Origin: Octopus vulgaris
Taxonomy: Eukaryota
Assembly (NCBI GenBank): GCA_951406725.2
Contig: OX597832.1
Span: 48,050,001-48,114,000 of the forward strand
Reading direction: 5' to 3'
Length of the DNA: 64,000 nucleotides
In this document: piece after piece, positions 63,832 to 64,000 of the stretch
How the letters are laid out: each line of letters starts with the position of its first letter
Numbering within the stretch: the stretch's first letter is position 1
The notes under the pieces: model-generated
What the model was told of the DNA's origin: nothing
What the model saw: the letters and a program-made list of their open reading frames with translations, nothing else
Database searches by the model: none
Position numbers and translations under genes: made by a program

Positions 63832-64000
63832 ACAGGAGTGGCTGTGTGGTAAGTAGCTTGCTAACCAACCACATGGTTCCGGATTCAGTCCCACTGCGTG
63901 GCATCTTGGGCAAGTGTCTTCTACTATAGCCTCGGGCCGACCAAAGCCTTGTGAGTGGATTTGGTAGACGGAAACTGAAAGAAGCCCATCGTATGTGTGT
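63832..64000 (+). mobile_element. SINE family 1, cut by the window end
   Basis: Head matches family 1. Confidence 0.8.

Overview
AT-rich, repeat-dense animal genomic DNA. The SINE and MITE content and the microsatellites suggest an octopus or other cephalopod; that assignment is inference from recalled repeat families. The window lies inside one minus-strand gene, a quaking / held-out-wings (STAR-family, KH-QUA2 RNA-binding protein) orthologue. Four exon positions were located with canonical GT-AG sites and the intron phases recalled for human QKI: exon 2 (27386-27519), exon 3 (15806-15922), exon 4 (8428-8571) and exon 5. Exon 1 (QUA1) was not found and probably lies beyond 64000. The main result is that the QUA2 exon is tandemly duplicated: 5a (785-881, missed by the ORF track) and 5b (585-699), 85 nt apart, with identical phases, so only one can be included in frame. 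Exon 5a carries vertebrate-QKI-type residues and 5b carries HOW-type residues. The cassette is surrounded by candidate control elements: a bipartite QKI response element on the 5a branch point, a UGCAUG between the exons, and a 16-bp long-range helix linking the 5a acceptor to a site near exon 4. Together these suggest a self-regulating mutually exclusive splicing switch in the RNA-binding domain. A candidate short terminal exon follows at 213-241. The introns are filled with tRNA-derived SINEs, piggyBac-, hAT- and Merlin-like MITEs, non-autonomous Helitrons, RTE LINE scraps and microsatellites. Almost all other ORFs in the track are spurious repeat translations.
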